From the NCBI GenBank assembly GCA_951406725.2, contig OX597833.1:30628001-30692000 (forward strand): a stretch of DNA of 64,000 nucleotides, in the 5' to 3' direction. How positions within the stretch are numbered: position 1 is the first letter of the stretch; every line of letters starts with the position of its first letter. A program made the position numbers and the translations under genes. A model generated the notes under the pieces. The model saw only the letters and a program-made list of their open reading frames with translations. It was not told the origin of the DNA and did no database searches. Shown here one piece after another: positions 21,224-34,529 of the stretch. The stretch comes from Octopus vulgaris (lineage: Eukaryota).

Positions 21224-23092
21224 TCCTTTCGTTGTATCTTTGTGGTACCAGTACCGGTGGCACACAAGAAAACCATCCGAACGTGGCTGTAGCCAGTACC
21301 GCATCGACTGGCCTCTGTGATGTGGGCACATAACAAACACCATCCGATCGTGACCGTTCGCCAGCCTCATCTGGCACCTGTGTCGGTGGCACATAAAAAC
21401 ACCAACCGAAGACCCGGCAAGACTAGTCAGGCCATAACCCGGGGCCCCTACCTGGGACGTAGTCAGTCCACCTGTGCATACCTTCCTTCCTTCTTGTGAC
21501 ACTTGTGAAGACCTGTGAAGACCTGTTGAGGCAAGTGAAAATCAAATCAAATCAAATCAAAACAAATCAAAATAGATGAACATCAATGGAATTTGTATCT
21601 TTGTGGTACCAGTGCTGGTGGCACACAAGAAAATCATCCGAACGTGGCCGTAGCCAGTACCGCATAGACTGGCCTCCGTGCTTTGGGGACGTAACAAACA
21701 CCATCCGATCGTGGCCGTCCGCCAGCCTCATCTGGCACCTGTGTCGGTGGCACATAAAAACACCATCCGAGCGTGGCCGTCTGCCAGCCTCGTCTGGCAC
21801 CTGTGTCGGTGGCACATAAAAACACCATCCGAGCGTGGCCGTTCGCCAGCCTCGTCTGGCACCTGTGTCGGTGGCACATAAAATCACCCACTACACTCTC
21901 GGAGTGGTTGGCGTTAGGAAGGGCATCCAGCTGTAGAAACACTGCCAGATCTGACTGGCCTGGTGCAGCCTTCGGGCTCCCCAGACCCCAGTTGAACCGT
22001 CCAACCCATGCTAGCATGGAAAACGGACGCTAAATGATGATGATGATGATGATGATGTTACCAAACCGCCCGAAAAAAATTTTGGTTAATGTGACCAAAC
22101 CGCCCAAATTTACCTATTCATATTTAAATGAGAATATCAGAGCAAATCTCTTTAGTACATTCGTGAAAATACGTATTATACTTCGTAAAGAGTTCAACTA
22201 CAGTTTTGTACAAAAATCGAAGTGTAATTTTAATTCTGTGAATTTTGGGAGATTTTTTTCCGAAATTTGTTCCTGTGTTTTCAAAATTTGTAATTCTGAC
22301 AAAAAATGGATACGAATTCCATTATATCAAGCAGCGAGTCAGAATTCGAAGGATTTTCTACTGAAGACCTTCATAAATCTAACTCTATGACTGAAAAAAA
22401 AATGCATGTGGTATTTGATAATGAATCTGATGTTTCATTTTCCGAAAGTGAAAACAGTGAATCCGAGAGTTCCGACAGCGATAAAGAAAATGAATTGGCA
22501 CCTGAATGGAGTGAAAATTTAAAAACTGTTTCTTTCGGTGATTTTTCTGAAGAAACTGGACCAAGCCACAGACTTTCCCAGAAGAGTAAAACCTTAGACT
22601 ATTTCTTTTTACTTTTTCGAATGAGCCTATTTGAAATCATTACGGCAGAAACGAACCGTTACGCTAAATGTAAACAAAACGAAAGAAAGGATAGTTAGTG
22701 AAATTAAGACTATTTTGCCATAAATATTATTATGGGTATCAGAAAGTTACCCAGAATAACAAATTCTATCGTAAAATTTTGTTGTATACCCAATTGAATA
22801 TTAGCTAATAACCCATTTTCTATATCGATGTTTGAACAAAATTTTAATAATTTTATATTTTGTTGAATTTACCTGTATCTACCTGCAATTAGAGTCACTT
22901 TGTGACAAAAATTATAGTATAGAATTGGTTGAGAACATTTCATTAAATTATCTTCCAAAATTCACGTTAATATATTGATAAATAAAAAAGTTATAGTTGT
23001 TTAATGAAACCAGACTAACTTTATGATTATGTTAGAAATTAATTGAAACACATAAGGGGTGTATTTTGGTCAGAAATATAGTAACGAAAGGG
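21224..23092 (+). mobile_element. Internally deleted piggyBac element, left TIR interrupted
   Basis: TTAA at 21220-21223 and 23093-23096. Right TIR is GTAACGAAAGGG; left TIR is split as tCCTTTCGTT...GTTACC. Acidic N-terminus and DYFFLLF...AETNRYA transposase fragment at 22306-22698. Confidence 0.85.
21234..22056 (+). mobile_element. RTE-family 3' tail insertion (about 61-nt hairpin units, (GAT)n end) nested in the piggyBac TIR
   Basis: Units CCTGTGTCGGTGGCACATAAAAACACCATCCGAGCGTGGCCG...; terminal CCAACCCATGCTAGCATGGAAAACGGACGCTAAA(TGA)n. Confidence 0.85.
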
Positions 23093-23999
23093 TTAAATAT
23101 AGAGCATTTGATTCCTCATCAGAAGAAAACAGTATTCTTAGGAAAGAGGATAACATGTGAGCAGAAGTGATACATTTATCAAACTAAATGATTGAAAGTA
23201 TGTATTTTAAGCATCTGTTGTAAGTTAACCCTGCTTGAGAATGAATCTGGCATCCAGGAGTAAATAAATAACTGTACAAGATGTGTACTGAAATCAGTTC
23301 AATTGGCTGTCTCATTTTCTCATAATAATTTATTTTTTACCTATTAAAAGAATTCAGTATTCTTTGGAAGGGCATAAATAAAACAGCACCAGTTCACAGT
23401 TTTGAATGTTAATTTTCTTCACTAGGAAGTACAAGAGCAACAAAATGAAGCATTGTTTATTTACTGCCTCAAATTTTTCTCCTAATAACTTGATTTGGAA
23501 GAGAGGCTGTGTGCAGTCATAGTCTTGGCAGACACTCCAAGAGTATTGGGATCAACATAATGTTCCTCTTGAACAGCTGCAGGTTGATAACTGCAAAAAA
23601 AAAAATAATAATGATAATAAGGGCAGAGAGGTAATTTCAGAGGTGTAACATTCTGAGGAAGAAGGAATGCAACAATGCAGAATTATTCATTGTTATCTAA
23701 TGTGTTATGCAAAGGATATTGTATTTGAAATGTGTCACATGTATGAGGTTTGCAGCCAGGGAAACAGTATTGGATGAAAAAAATATGAGTGAGTCAAGTA
23801 GAGATGGAATGTTTCTAGTTACTTAGAGGAGCAGAATCACTACTAGTAAAGGTAATGAGGGGAAGTAACATCTGCGGAGAAAAGGTTAGAATATGGTGGT
23901 TAAAGATTCAATGCAAATCAGTCAAGTAATAATTTTTGAAAGGTAATCTAATTACATATGTATTTTGTATGTAATCACAAATTACATATGAAAAGCTTT

Positions 24000-25136
24000 T
24001 ATTCATCAAAATACATTCCATCATACTTAATAGTCTATTGCCATCATTGTACAAGAAGCTCAGTTGCCACTTTTACCATTTGGTTGGTTTAGAGGCAAAA
24101 AACTCACTGCACCTGTTTTCAACCTCATCCGCATTGTGCAGAAATTTACCATGGCTTGGAAAAGGTGGTAATTTGATGATGCAAAGTCCTGGTTGTATGC
24201 AGGGTGAGGCAGTACTTCCAGCTCCTCAAGTTTGTGCTTGATTACATTGGCAGTGTCATGTCATGGGAAAGCACATCTTTGATTAACAAATGGCAAGTAG
24301 TGGGCTTTCAAAGCATCATATACTCACTGCAGTTGTTGAGCATAAAGGTTAGCATTTGGAACACGACCATCTGGGGAAAGTTCAAAGGGCAACACCCCAT
24401 TAAAATTCCACCAAACATACAACATGACCTTCTCTTCAAACTGCCCTTTTTTGACAAGTGATTCTGAAGCCTGACCAGAACAAATCCACTGATTTCTCTT
24501 ATTAGGATTATGAAAACAGATCCATTTTTCATTCTCACTTATAATTCAATGCCAAAATCAGGCATCTCAAAGATTTGCCAGCAGTTGTTTGCAGATGTTC
24601 ACATGTTTTTGAGTCAGGTCATTGATTAGTTCTTGAGCTTCTTAACAGTGTCTTTTCACAAGATCAAGCTTATGGCAGTGTTGATTGATGGTACTTTGTA
24701 AAGAACTATGTTCTGTCATTAATGTACAAGTGCTTGTGCTTGGCTGTTGTTCAACCATTTCAAGCAAGACCTCATTTTCCACAACAGAAGGTTTCCTTGA
24801 CCTTGGTTTGTTTTTGAGGCTGGTGTCACCTTTCTTGAAACATCTGAACCAATTTTGTATCACATGTTTATTGACAGTTTGTGAATCTTCCACATAATTT
24901 CTATTGCTGCTGCCCTTGCACTCAGTCCTTTGGCTTTAATTGCAATTTTTTCACCACTTATTATCGAAGAAATAAAATAAAGAATAATTTATTAATGTTT
25001 ATGTTATAAAAGAAAATGAAGAATAAACAATTCAATAATAATTAGACAAGTTGTATCAAATTAATCAACTTATCAAATTTAACAAGTTATCAAAAATCAT
25101 CTGTGAATATCCGAGAAAACTTTTAACTCAACCTGC
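24000..25136 (-). mobile_element. Degraded mariner transposon
   Basis: Minus strand gives QNWFRCFKKGDTSLKNKPRSRKP (HTH), ENEKWICFHNP and an LPHPAY..D...YHLF-like motif. Boundaries are approximate. Confidence 0.7.
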
Positions 25137-25968
25137 TACATGAGCTTTATAGAGAGTTTAGCAACTGTTGGAAGCTGAAGTATCTTCTAGCTCTAAAAAA
25201 AAGACCTGTCTTAGTGATGCAGTTTTTGCTACATAATTGGAGATCACCTGGTTAGATCATAGTTGATTGTAAGTCGTTTTATTTTTTGAGACTCCTTGGG
25301 TTTTAGTTGTGTGTTGGCTATGACTAGAGGTAGCAAGTTACAAGCTTGATATATACAGTGATTGAGTTTTTGCATCATTGAAATAGACAGAATCAAAGTG
25401 ACGACCTTATTGGAGAATGTTTTGGAGGCCTCCATTCACAGAAGCATGACAAGTTTGGTGTATCTAGGTTGCATATAGATGACGATTGTTTTACAAAAAC
25501 TAACAAGGAATGATGAGTTGTATATTGTGTATTTTCTGCATTATTGGAGTGATAGTAAGTTGTTGATGTACATAAAGAAGTGAGTAGATTGTAAAGAGTT
25601 CCATCAGCACATACTACAATGGTGTGATCTGACAAGAAGCTCCCAGTTTGAGAATGAATTGGAGACAACAGGCAATTTAGCTGGAGGATTTGTAGGCCAG
25701 ACAAGATTTATTTTCAGTCACAATATCTCAGTTAGGTGTCCTGATGTTCCATTTAGATATCCTCTTCCTGGTTCTTATATTTTGTGTTATTGTGCAGTGA
25801 CTTATTCTTCTAATATTTCCTTTCATTTCCCAAATATTTATTTTAGTCTTAATATCTTTTTATACACTTTATTTGAAGATATTTCAGTTAATTTCTTAAC
25901 CCATATTTGTTTAATATTTTCCTCATTATATTTTATTAGTTATCGTGAATTTCTGTTCTCTTTTACAG

Positions 25969-26160
25969 TGTGTAAATGAGATTAACTATGCCGAGATAAC
26001 TCTGAGCAGGTTGGGAGCTTTTGCAGTGAGCTGTATTCCCAAAACAGAACAATTTCAGTTGACCTCCAGTGGTTGTCTCTATTATTCACGACTCTCCCGC
26101 TATATCAGTGTACGCTGTCCTAGGACGAGTATTGATGGAACATTAAACTGTATATTAAAG
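25969..26160 (+). CDS. DTHD1: Death domain-containing protein 1-like, exon B
   Basis: Acceptor ttctcttttacAG and donor AAG|GTAATA. 192 nt, phase 0-0, reading CVNEINYAEITLSRLGAFAVSCIPKTEQFQLTSSGCLYYSRLSRYISVRCPR... Confidence 0.85.
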
Positions 26161-26323
26161 GTAATATATTGTTTCTTTTGCAACAGTTCAACAGTTGACA
26201 TGATTAGTTGAAGGGAAAGGTGAAGGGTGAAAGAAAAAAGAGAGAGAAAAAGAGGGTAAGGTGAAGAGTCAGAGAGAAAAAGGGAGAGTACTGTGAATCA
26301 AGTCTAAAAAATTGTGCATAAAG

Positions 26324-27450
26324 TATCATCATCATCATCATTGTTTAACGTCCGCTTTCCATGCTAGCATGGGTTGGACAATTTGACTGAGGACTGGTGA
26401 ACCAGATGGTGGCACCGGCTCCAATCTGATCTGGCAGAGTTTCTACAGCTGGATGTCCTTCCTAATGCCAACCACTCTGAGAGTGTAGTGGATGCTTTTA
26501 CGTTCCACTGGCACAAGGGCCAGTCAGGCGGTACTGGTAATGGCCATGCTCAAATGGTGTTTTTTAGGTGCCACCTGCACAGGAGCCAGTCCGGTGGCAC
26601 TGGCAACGACCTTGCTCGAATATTTTTTCACATGCCTCTGGCACAAGTGCCAATAAGGTGACGCTGGCAATGATCATGCTTGAATGTTGCTTTTTACGTG
26701 CCATTCAGCTGCTCTGGCAACGATCACACTTGAATGGTGCTCTTAGCGCTCCACTAGCATGGATGCCAGTCATCGAATTTGATTTTGATTTCACTTGCCT
26801 CAACAGGTCTTTGAAAGCAGAGTTTAGTGTCCAATGAAGGAAAGGTACATATAAGTGGGCTGGTTACACACCTGGCATAGGCCATGGATTATGGTCTCAC
26901 TTGGCTTGCCAGGTCTTCTCCCGCACAGCATATTTCCAATGGTCTCGGTCACTTGTCATTACCATGGTGAGGCCTAATGTTCGAAGGTCATGCTTCACCA
27001 CCTCATCCCAGGTCTTCCTGGGTCTCCCTCTTCCACAGGTTCCCTCAAATGCTAGGATGTGGCACTTTTTCACACAGCTATCCTCATCCATTCTCGCCAC
27101 ATGACCATACCAGTGCAGTTGTCTCTCTTGCTCACCACATCTGATGCTTCTTAGGTCCAACTTTTCTCTCAAGGTACTTACACTCTGGCAAGTATGCACA
27201 CTGACATTACACATCCAGTGGAGCATATTGGCTTACTTGCATGCTTACGCATGTCCTCAGCAGTCACGGCTCATGTTTCACTGCCATGTAGCATGGCTGT
27301 TCGTACACCTGCATCATACAGTATACTCTGAGCGAGAGGCCCTTTGTCACCAGCAGAGGTAAGAGCTCTCTGAACTTTGCCCAGGCTATTCTTACTCTAG
27401 CAGCTACACTTTCAGTGCACTCACCCCCACTACTGACTTGGTCACCTAGG
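26324..27450 (-). mobile_element. RTE LINE 3' fragment (same family as 12076-15133)
   Basis: Reads WMCNVSVH...LHWYGHVARMDEDSCVKKC...GRGRPRKTW, followed by a degenerate hairpin-unit tail and a (GAT)n end. Confidence 0.9.
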
Positions 27451-27867
27451 TAAATAGAGTGTATATATAAAGTGCATTAAGTAATCATCATATTCCAATT
27501 TCTTTCACTTTCCAGTGATTAGCGGATGAGTGACTATCTTTTGATACAGACACAATGATGATGATGATGAAAACACAGGCTATGCTTTCAGATTTTTTAG
27601 ATATAGTTTTCAGAAATAACCCAATAAGTTTACCATTGATTCCATGAAATATTAATGGGGCCCACTAGTTGTTATTATTGCGCCTCAAATCCACACACAC
27701 ACACACACATACAAACTCACATGCACACACACACAATTATGTGTTGTAAATACATTGTTCCCTCAGTGTATTGGAATTTGTTTTAGGCAAAAGGGTATAG
27801 AGTTAAAAAATATATATATTAAATGTCTTTTTCAAGTTATGCCAAAGATTTTGCTTTTTCATTTTTA

Positions 27868-29013
27868 TCAGGTCATCCCATAAGTTCTGTCCGAATTTTG
27901 AATAAAGAAAACAAGTGATCAAATGTTATATTTAATTGAAATTTAATCATCAATGTACTTTCCCTGATTATCTATGATTTCCTTCCATCTATTTACAAGC
28001 TTTTTAATCCCATCAATGTAAAACTCTTTTAGTTTCAAAGTTAAGAACTCTGAAATGTCAGTTTCGACCTCCTCCTGGCTTACGAAAGTTATGTCCCCCA
28101 AATGAGTAAACTACAAAACAAATTGTAGTCTGAAAAAGCAAGGTTAGGAGAATAAGGTGGATGAGGAATTTTTTCCCAACCAAGCTCTTCGATCTTCTGT
28201 GATGTGATCTTTGCAGTGTGGGGTTGCGGGTCTATTTTTCTTCAAAGCTTGGTTCAAACGCTCTAATTGCTGACAGTAGACTTGAGCATTGATTGTTGCG
28301 GTAACAATTCAAAGTAAATTACTCCTTTGTAATCCCACCAGATAGAGACAAGAACCTTTTTCCCACGAAGTTCCCTTCTCAGTTATGGTTCAGCATTTTT
28401 TCACCAGTCACAAGTCTATCCAAAAAGGGTGAAATGAGTTTGCGAGAATGGAGAGAAGACCAGATGTCAACTCGGGATTTGTGGTTGCTTTCGGACAATT
28501 CATAAGGCACCCATTTTCCAAGTTTAAGAACCTTTCCAAGTTGTTGAAGATGACAATGAACAGTTGTATGGTTTGAACTAAGCTTTATTGCCAATTCTTC
28601 AACTGATAATGCAGGATTTTCTTCAAGTAATGCCTCAAGGAGCTTATCATCAAACTCAACTGGACATCCTGTTTGATCTTCATCTTCAAGCCTGAAATCT
28701 TCACTTCTGAATTTTGCAAACCATCTTCTGCAAGTTCTTTCATTCAAGCATTCTTTCCCATAAACTGAGTGTATGTTTCAAGTCACTTCAGCTGAAGAGT
28801 TTCCTTTTTTGTACTCATAAAGCTTTATGTGCCTCAAATGCTCTTTGGATATTTCCATGTTAGAAAGGGTTTTAATCAAAGAAATTTTAATTCTATTATT
28901 GTGTAAAATAATATTTAAATAATTTTTAATTCCACTAGACATTCTAAACTACTATTAAATTTCATTCAATTTTAAAAAGGTAAAATCGTACAGAACTTTA
29001 TGGGATAACCTGA
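27868..29013 (-). mobile_element. Mariner element with TIRs and TA target duplication, transposase disrupted
   Basis: TA|TCAGGTCATCCCATAAGTTCTGT...ACAGAACTTTATGGGATAACCTGA|TA. Protein motifs RRWFAKFRSEDFRLEDE, KWVPYELS, LVTGEK and HPPYSP. Confidence 0.9.
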
Positions 29014-29149
29014 TACTTTAATCGATATTCCCCTGTTCGAGGAGAAACCACTTCTAGTTGCCTCTCAGCTCAAACAAGAGTTTTAGTGGTAAACCAAACT
29101 GATCACTCATAGCACATACTTATTACTTTACAGCAGTTGATGAAAATTC

Positions 29150-29740
29150 CTAGGGCCTTAGAGTAAATGTAGCAAAGACCAAAGTTATAGTAAGCAGAAA
29201 GGCGAACTCATCACACACCCCCTCAGGCAGGTGGCCCTGCTCGATCTGTAGAAAAGGTGTAGGTAGAAACTCCATAAGATGTACCCAGTGTAAGCTATGG
29301 ATGTATAAGAGGTGCAGCAACATCAAAGGAAAATTAACCAAGAAGATAGCTTTCATGTGCACAGAGGCAATAGACACCACAGATACTCAGAAAACAGATT
29401 CCTCAGAAAACTAGAAGTAGTTGATAGTTTCTGCTACCTAGGTGACCAAGTTAGTAGTGGAGGTGGATGCTCAGAGAATGTCACCACTAGAATACGAATA
29501 GTCTGGGCAAAGTTTAGAAAGCTCCTACCCCTACTGGTTAAAAAGGGTCAGAGTGAAAGGTAGATTGTACTATGCATGTGTGCAAACTGCCATGCTTCAC
29601 GGTATCCACCTCCACTACTAACTTGGTCACCTAGGTAGCAGAAACTATCAACTACTTCTAGTTTTCTGAGGAATCTGTTTTCTGAGTATCTGTGGTGTCT
29701 ATTGCCTCTGTGCACATGAAAGCTATCTTCTCGGTTAATT
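29150..29740 (+). mobile_element. RTE LINE internal fragment with a local inverted duplication
   Basis: 29150-29603 matches 13891-14374, and 29604-29740 is the reverse complement of 29332-29468. Confidence 0.9.
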
Positions 29741-30041
29741 CTGGTGTAAATTTCTCTATAAAGCTTTGGAACCTGCAAAAATATTTTTATTTGAATAATT
29801 GATAAAATAATTAATTAATTAAGATATATTTTTCCATAGTTCAGCAATCTCCAGGGTTATTATAGTCCACAATTATTGGTGCTACTGTATCTCAACTTCC
29901 ATACAGAATTAGAAATGGCTGTAGCATTTCTTTTATCTTCATTTGGGAAAGTGGAAGTATGATTCGGTTAACAATTTTTGAAGTTACCTTCTGATGTAGG
30001 TAGTTTAGTGGACAAAATGCCAGCTCTTTAGTGGACAGAAT

Positions 30042-30275
30042 GCGGCGAGCTGGCAGAAACGTTAGCACACTGGGTGAAATGCTTAGCGGTATTTTGTCTG
30101 CCGCTACTTTCTAAGTTCAAATTCCGCCAAGGTCAACTTTGCCTTTCATCCTTTCGAGGTCAATAAATTAAGTACCATTTACGCACTGGGGTCGATGTAA
30201 TCGACTTAATCCCTTTGTCTGTCCTTGTTTGTCCCCTCTATGTTTAGCCCCTTGTGGGCAATATAGAAATAAGAA
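30042..30275 (+). mobile_element. tRNA-derived SINE (second family), near full length
   Basis: GCGGCGAGCTGGCAGAAACGTTAGCAC...AGTTCAAATTCCGCC...TGGGGTCGATGTAATCGAC...GAAATAAGAA. Degenerate relatives lie near 34433, 38300, 47575 and 63330. Confidence 0.8.
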
Positions 30276-31164
30276 TGCCAGCTGAATTAATTTTATTAAT
30301 TAAATGACTGAATTAATTTTACAACAATCGTCAAGAGGGCATAACTTTTTATTTCAATATTTGCATATTTGTCTTTGTTATTTGAGATTAGAAGCTAGAC
30401 TATTTCTGATATTAGTTGTAAACCTTAAAATAATTTCTAATAAACAACTTTCAGAATCCACGCTTGATAGGGAAATATTTATAAAAAATAAGCAAAAAAA
30501 GGTTCTTAAACCAAAATATCAAGTTTTCTGTTCTTACAGAAATCTCACAGGAGTCTAGATCATGAGATATCGATAAAAGATCAGTTGAGAAATGTTCATA
30601 TCAATAATACAGACTTACCTTATGACTGCTCTGTGAGAATATCAGTATGTTATAAAGGTATATAAAGGTATAAAGGTATAAATTTGATTTTTATCTTTGA
30701 ATCTACTTTTTTTTGTATATTTTTTATGGTGGATGAAGTATACTAAATTAATGTAAAACCGGTATGTTACTGACTAACAGTGCTTATATACATTGTGTAT
30801 GTATGTAGGAATAAATTCATAATTTTTACTAAGCTCCTTGTTCACCATTATTGTGGGAAAGAATAAGCATCTTTATTGTGATCAAATTTTTGTAAAGTGT
30901 TCGTCAATTATTACTGATTGGATGGTATATTTTTTTTTAAAGTCCACATAGAATGTTTAAATGAGTACATTATTATAAAATAACTACTTTTGATCTATCG
31001 CCCAATAAATTGAATGGTCACAATTCCAAACTACATGATTGTCTTATCTTGTAAGTTATAATGGCCACCGTAAAGCAAGTACAATTTTTTTTTCAAATTC
31101 TGATATCTTAATCCAGATTTTATTTGACATTTATCCAGATTTTATTTGACATTTATCATTACAG

Positions 31165-31463
31165 ATGACACCCTTAACAGAAGAAATACTCACCTACTGC
31201 CAACAGAACTATTCATTACGATGTGAAGACATATTGGGATGTTCAGAAATCATAGACATATCATGTGATCAAAAGCATTTTTTCCGGCGGCCTGTTACTC
31301 TTAAGTTGCCCTTGCCAAATGCCGAGGCTAGACCAAATAACAGGCACCTGGATGAAATCGGAGTACTAATGAAGAAATCGAGAGACAGTGAATGGATTCT
31401 TATGGAAAATGAGTACAAGTTCACTAAAAACACTGTATCTTTTGAAGTGCAATATTTAGCAAA
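31165..31463 (+). CDS. DTHD1: Death domain-containing protein 1-like, exon C (second ZU5-like region)
   Basis: Acceptor attacAG and donor AA|GTAATT (phase 2). SEIIDIS...FRRPVTLKLPLP...W resembles the ZU5 F..PV.L.LP motif. Confidence 0.85.
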
Positions 31464-33174
31464 GTAATTTAACAGAGATAATGACGTTGTTACTGTGAAG
31501 CTGCTGTAGTGGTGCTGTTTGTGGAAATCTGAAGTCTTATAGTGTGTGTGTGTGTGTGTGTGCATGCGCACATACGTGAATGCATGTGCATGTGTATGAA
31601 TGCATGCATGTATACAAAAAAAATGTGATGTAGTAGTTTGGAGGCCATACTTAGATTTTCATTGAGCATCTTGATATTCTTTTATTCTTTTAATTGTTTT
31701 TATTCATTGAAATGTGATCATACTGAGGTACTACCTTCATTGCATCAGTCATTCATATCTATTTCTGTACTAACTTCATATCTTGACTCCTTTATTAGAT
31801 TGGGAAAAGAAAGCTGCCAGCACCCAGTCCAAGAATTGGACCCATGAACTTATCATTATGAGCCCAACACCCAAACTTTACATACATCATTCTTGTGTAT
31901 ATACATACACATGCATACACACACGCGCGCACGCACACACACACACACACACATACATACAAACTGACAAACAGACAGCTTTTGCACTCTCTCTGCTTAC
32001 CAAATTGTGTTGCTGTTGGCAGTGTAGACATTAAAAGGGTAGATGTTGATTGGTAGTATTTCTGTTTAGTAGTTGACTGGATTGACTGAGTGTAGATGTT
32101 GGCTTGGATGTTCAGAGTGTGCAGATATCAACTGCTAAACATGTAGTATAGATGTTGCCCCAGGTTAGCTCTAGTCCCACAGTCTTATGTCATGCAAGTA
32201 GTTAGCTGAATGATATGAGAAGTTTGATCTTCACCTAGCTGGAAACCGTACTGTACAATCCAACATGCAACATAGAATCACATGAGATACAATTTACATT
32301 GTAAACATGTTACCCACTATCCAGGGTATTTCTGCCTGTAGTTTCTGATAGTTTTCTCAGTAGAGATGGACATGCAAGAGTTGCTGTACCTCTCTACTTA
32401 CTAAGCTCCTCGTTCAATGTTATTGTGGGAAAGAATAAGCATTAAGAATAAGAATTAGTGGTGTGCATCTTAACAAAATTTTATGTGCCAGTGTAAATGA
32501 TGTTGTAACTGGGAGGAAGTTTTCCATAAAATGACTGGTAATTGGGTTGATACCCATTGCAAAGATAAACTGTGCTCCCCACATATTAAGGTAGTCTTCC
32601 ATATTTTGTAATCTTGTTTCAATTTTAAATGGTGTATAGATGTATTCTTTGTACAACTTGTTATGACGTGTAATGTGCTAGTCCACAGTGGATTTAAAGT
32701 ATTGTTTGCCTACCTAATATTGTTATTATATCTTTCTCCTCCTGTGATTGCTCTAATTATGTTTATATGACACTTTGAGCTCTTTATTAAATGTTTTGGA
32801 GGTATATTAAGCTAACAAAGCAGCAACTATGCAGTTGCTTGATCTGCAAGAAACTGCAGCTAAATCTTAATCATATGCTACACTAACATTAAAAAAGCTG
32901 TAGAGGTTGGTTGGATACACATGGAGTGTAGACAACAACTGGAAAGACATGGTATGTAAATGTTAACTGAATATGTACAATATGTAGACTACACATCATG
33001 TCTACAATATGTAGACATAATGTGTAGTTGTTGACTGGATATACATAGCAATGAGGGTATAGTTTTCAACTGGACAGATATGGACTCTATTTGTTGTATG
33101 CTTATGCTTTCACATCTGTGGAAGAAGCAGGTGGCAGCAGTATTCAATTTGATTATGATACAGAAGTATGTTTT

Positions 33175-33224
<50 letters not shown>

Positions 33225-33676
33225 ATGTGTGTTTAATGATGTTACCATCTTAAAGATTAAGATGACAACATTTTTAACCTCCATTGGAAAAAAACCAAAG
33301 AAATATTTTTTCTTAACATACTTAGGAAAACTCCAACTTTAAGAGGATTTCAGGCCTTCTTTCCTCTGTAATGAGACCTCAAAGAATAAGAATAGTATCA
33401 ATGCTAATGCATCTATGAGAATAAAGCATTGGAACTGAGACATTTTCAACTATCTCAAGTGGCAATTCTATCTCACCATGTTTTTATTTGGCCCTATCAT
33501 ATCATTTAGCCAGTAGTACATTTTGTTTTCATTTATCTCTGTCCTACTCTTTTGCAACCGTTAATATTGTCTGTCTCTGTTCAGCTTAACCATCATCAAT
33601 GTTTCTGTTCAATTATAATTTGCTATTTAGCTACCTTTACTTCTGGTTTTGCACTAAAACTAATCACTATTTGCAG

Positions 33677-34398
33677 GTATTGCGTGGCTCAGGCAGCTCC
33701 TGGTCGAAAACGAAGGTTAAAAGATGGCATGCGTGTGATAGAGGAGAAAATTGATATAGCAATCGGAACAATTGCTTTGTTTGTTCGTTTTGAAGAAATG
33801 CAGTGGTGTGTTGTGGTTTCGTGTCATTCTCTGAAGAATTCAAAAAAAATTGAGAACAAATGGAAAGAATATAACTTTATTCAGATTCAGCCAGAAAAGA
33901 CGAGCCAGTCCCATTCCTCTGGCAAACCATTAACTTACTTCCGGTTTAACGGACCTGAGCTGAAGAACAATCAGACATGGGTGATATCAGTCAGTGGCCA
34001 GATGAAAGTTTCAGACAATGATGAGGATGACATCCAATTGACCTACAATTATGGTCTCAATGAGAACAACAAAATATTTTTCATACAACCACTTGGTAAG
34101 GAAGTAAACCAACTGGCAGGACAGATAAAAGTTTTACCCCAAGACATATATGATGAAGAACTGAGGATTAGACTGACTGGATTGTTTACTGTTGAGGTGT
34201 CAGTTAATGTTGTTGAGGCTTACTTGAAGAAGGCAGTGGCTATTGAAGACATGGAACAAGAGAAGTTGAAGGAAGCTGAAACTACAATTGTTGTTACAGT
34301 ACCTGTCCAGCCTGTCACTATTGTGAAACCCAAACTTACATCCAAAGGCAGCCATCTGTTCGAGCTTTTTTCACGTTCAGTACAGCCATCAAAATTAG
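33677..34398 (+). CDS. DTHD1: Death domain-containing protein 1-like, exon D (UPA-like region and linker)
   Basis: Acceptor tttgcAG joins in phase 2 (AA+G=Lys). 722 nt open, donor TTAG|GTAATT (phase 1). Confidence 0.85.
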
Positions 34399-34529
34399 GT
34401 AATTCTTCTTCTTATTATTATTATTATTATGAAGGCAGCAAACTGGCAGAATTGTTAGTACGCTGGGCTAAATGCTTTATGGCATTTCATTCATCTTTAT
34501 GTTCTGAGTTCAATTTCTGCCAAGGTTAA

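Noticed and set aside
33552-34529. 325-aa single-exon gene
   Set aside because: Only 33677-34398 is exon. The ends are intron read-through, including (TAT)n and a SINE.
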